DNA of 64,000 nucleotides from Trypanosoma brucei (Eukaryota): NCBI GenBank assembly GCA_000002445.1, contig CH464491.1, positions 384,001 to 448,000 of the forward strand, read 5' to 3'. Shown piece by piece: positions 62,501 to 64,000 of this stretch (position 1 is its first letter; each line of letters starts with the position of its first letter). The notes under the pieces were generated by a model. It saw only the letters and a program-made list of their open reading frames with translations, ran no database searches and was not told where the DNA came from. The position numbers and the translations under genes were made by a program.

Positions 62501-63705
62501 ATCGAATACGAAAAGGTTGGGAGGCATTTGAAGCTCTGACTCGACTACGTGTAGCAACCCTTTCCGTAACTTGGGTTACCAACGAAGGCATACGTCTCCT
62601 CAGCGGGTGCAAAAATCTCAGAAATTTGGAGCTGTACTGTTGTGGAGATGTGTCCAATATCGAGCCGATAAATAACATTAAGTCACTGGAAGAGCTCACC
62701 ATTCAGAACTGCCATAACATTAATGAAGGTCTGCTCAAGGTTGGAATGCTACCAAGGCTACGGGTATTGGTTTTAAGGAAATTACAATCCACTTATTTCT
62801 CCCTCAGTTCACTAGGAGAGAGCAAATCTCTAGTGAAACTCACTATCGAAGGACCTGAAGAACTATGCGACATCAAACTTATTTCCAACATTGCAACACT
62901 TAAGGAACTGAAAATCGCCCATGGTGACCGATTATTGAATGATGTAGGGGATCTTGGAAAACTGCCATGGCTTCATGTACTAACCCTGAGCCATTTCAAC
63001 ATGGGAAATACCTGTTTTGAGAGTGTCTGCAAGATTCGATCGTTGAAATCACTTGACATTACCCACTCATTTGAATTGCCAGACATATATCATATATCAA
63101 ACCTTACGGCACTAGAAGAACTGAATCTGAGCGGATGTTACCACATAATTTCAGGCTGGGAAGCACTGACCGCATTACCACGACTCCGTGTGCTCAACTT
63201 ATCGTCCACAAGAGTTACAACCAGTTACGGTGGATATTATATCAGCAGATGCAAATCCCTCATTACACTGAACCTTGAATCGTGTGATATGACCGATGCT
63301 TCTTGTCTTGCTGATATCAAGACACTAGAGGAGTTACACATAGGGAAGTGCGAAGAGCTAACGCGGGGGTTTAGTGCACTTTTCACTCTTCCACAGTTGC
63401 GCATTCTTAACCTTATGGATTCTCTCATTACAGATGAAGATCTCAGGGAAATTCAACTATCCCATACCATTGAGGATCTCAACCTCTCTTATTGCAAGGA
63501 GCTTAATGATATCACACCCGTTAGGAGGATCAAATCAATTAAAAAAATGGACCTCCACCGAAGCTCTGAAGGCAGGGGACTAAGGGAAGGATTCAGAAGT
63601 CTTTTGGAGCTACCATGTCTTTCCTGGGTTGATATCAAAAATGCTAATGTCAGTTTTGATGTTTATAAAGAACTGAAAGAAAGGAAAGTGGATATATACA
63701 ACTAG
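59506..63705 (+). CDS. Leucine-rich repeat protein (LRRP), ESAG8-like LRR architecture without a RING finger, 1399 aa.
   Basis: More than 40 tandem Cys-containing LRRs of about 23-25 aa, with the ESAG8/GRESAG8-type consensus L-x-x-L-x-L-S-x-C-x-x-I-T-D-I-x-P-L-S-x-L-x-x-L-E-E-L-N-L-x-x-C-x-x-I-x-x-G. Example: LSECNSLTDVTPISQLAALEELNLSNCYHITKGIGALVRLLRLRALDLSG. The N-terminus is basic and NLS-like (GNQGRKRQR). No C3HC4 RING motif is found. Confidence 0.85.
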   Translation: MGTTMSGNQGRKRQRISTPEHSEALKEPSTSQKNTPTTITITEEMRDSSNEGTLVSLLNEREKLIKETPRLESNVKAFRYFMSGLTAMSVERQGGVCDDAKCIRTVTLYHAADNSFSGKGLNEGALSSLCGRIQAEKLTITMSEGEKFDLQGVSELKQLEELRIEYPRGKLVNMISLKRLHMLKRLYLKSNNIDDNDVSHLFNIVTLEDLVVADTMQLTNIKGISRLTNLKCLEFNYTSIDDSCIEEICECATLSKLSVSECNSLTDVTPISQLAALEELNLSNCYHITKGIGALVRLLRLRALDLSGVSVEDNFLKDLCDCGPLERLNLSHCIQLTDINPLSNATAIQELNLNRCHRITQGISVVWELPKLRVLHMKDMHLSESSLDSVGTSESLVKLSIENCAGFGDMTLLSSFVALEELNIQKCADIISGVGCLGTLPYLRVLNIKEAHISSIGFTGIGASKSLLQLTIESTTGLSDVEALANILTLEKLSLLGCNGIDAGIGCLGNLPQLKVLDLSGTNTDSDSLRGLCVSQTIVSLNLSHCWKVTSVFHISALETLNELNLSDCIRINAGWEALEKLQQLHVAILSNTHITDRDISHFSKCKELVTLDLSFCDELFDITSLSNITTLEDLNLDNCSKIRKGLSVLGELPRLRVLNVKGVHLTNSVIGSLGNGKSFVKLILDNCKGLSDVTFLSSLSTLKELNLHHCDAVTSGIGTLGRLLQLRVLDLGWTKIDNNSLEDICACSSPLVSLNLSHCKEITSISAIASLNALEKLNIDNCCHVTSGWNVFGTLHQLRVAVLSNTRINDENIRHISECKSLNTLNLAFCNDITDITALSNITMLRELNIDWCFNIEKGVEALGKLPKLRELDAKKCGTSVRWMQQYPYNTLFKSLVKLNLENGRESFCVGTLSSTAIVEELLLGRACEPYHLPPISSLRRLRVLNLDDGRVCDIWLEGISQSKSLQSLNVSNCNYITDISALSSLSTLEELNVNCCDRIRKGWEAFEALTRLRVATLSVTWVTNEGIRLLSGCKNLRNLELYCCGDVSNIEPINNIKSLEELTIQNCHNINEGLLKVGMLPRLRVLVLRKLQSTYFSLSSLGESKSLVKLTIEGPEELCDIKLISNIATLKELKIAHGDRLLNDVGDLGKLPWLHVLTLSHFNMGNTCFESVCKIRSLKSLDITHSFELPDIYHISNLTALEELNLSGCYHIISGWEALTALPRLRVLNLSSTRVTTSYGGYYISRCKSLITLNLESCDMTDASCLADIKTLEELHIGKCEELTRGFSALFTLPQLRILNLMDSLITDEDLREIQLSHTIEDLNLSYCKELNDITPVRRIKSIKKMDLHRSSEGRGLREGFRSLLELPCLSWVDIKNANVSFDVYKELKERKVDIYN
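59950..63600 (+). repeat. Tandem leucine-rich-repeat array within the LRRP coding sequence (protein-level repeats).
   Basis: Periodic LxxLxLxxC…ITDI…L motif recurring over about 3.6 kb. Confidence 0.8.
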
Positions 63706-64000
63706 TATTTGATCCATTGTTTTGTTCTGTATTATGGTAATATACAGAACAAGAACACATCATTAAATGTAACAGCCAGTTCGAGTAGTTAACTGACCGT
63801 AGGCACCGTTATTGGGACAGATGCCAGCAACAATTCACGTAAACTTTATTGGATTTTACAATAACTTGAATACGAGATATACAAGGATTTCATTACAGTT
63901 TTGTAATTGTTTCATTTTTTTGTAAATTATACCCATTACATATTGTGAAGAGTAAAGAACAGTTAGAAAAGCGTGTGTCCATACAACAAGCTTTTTGCCC

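Noticed and set aside
1..63964. Prokaryotic-style systems (operons, CRISPR arrays, toxin-antitoxin or defence islands, integrons).
   Set aside because: The window is clearly eukaryotic and kinetoplastid: long intronless genes on one strand, polypyrimidine/AG trans-splicing signals, surface/ESAG gene families, flagellar and mitochondrial eukaryotic proteins. There are no direct-repeat/spacer arrays and no Shine-Dalgarno-coupled ORFs.

Overview
The window has the architecture of a kinetoplastid (trypanosomatid) nuclear chromosome. Fifteen long protein-coding genes all lie on the + strand, with no introns, consistent with one polycistronic transcription unit. They are separated by AT-rich or pyrimidine-rich intergenic spacers of 0.5-2.6 kb that carry polypyrimidine tracts followed by AG upstream of each ATG, which are trans-splicing signals. 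GC-rich coding blocks alternate with these microsatellite-rich spacers. There are no prokaryotic features (no operons, CRISPR or defence islands).

Gene content points to Trypanosoma brucei or a very close relative, probably a chromosome-11 core region. Gene-ID-level synteny is recalled from memory and not verified. Left to right, the genes recognised directly from the translated sequence are:
- mitochondrial calcium uniporter (WDIMEP pore motif)
- a protein with three zf-C2HC_2 fingers and a poly-Thr tract
- a CPYC dithiol glutaredoxin
- a roughly 3000-aa protein of more than 50 right-handed parallel beta-helix (PbH1/CASH) repeats
- three hypothetical proteins
- a WD40-like protein
- Rib72/EFHC1 (three DM10 domains plus EF-hand)
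- a small secreted Sep15/SelF-like protein that lacks the CxU redox motif
- 2-oxoglutarate dehydrogenase E1
- the FYVE-type PI3P 5-kinase Fab1/PIKfyve
- an ISG-like type I surface membrane protein
- a receptor-type adenylate cyclase (ESAG4/GRESAG4 family)
- after a 7.4 kb ORF-poor gap, a 1399-aa ESAG8-like leucine-rich-repeat protein (LRRP)

The supplied ORF track labels GTG/TTG codons as M. For eight genes I moved the start to the first in-frame ATG. The parts most worth a second look are:
- the bloodstream-expression-site-like gene order GRESAG4 -> LRRP with a long ORF desert between them
- a frameshifted MIT/USP8-dimer-like ORF inside that desert
- the redox-dead Sep15-like protein
- the giant beta-helix protein
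- several G-run and microsatellite clusters in UTR-like spacers

No tRNA, rRNA, spliced-leader RNA or retroelement could be positively identified by eye.
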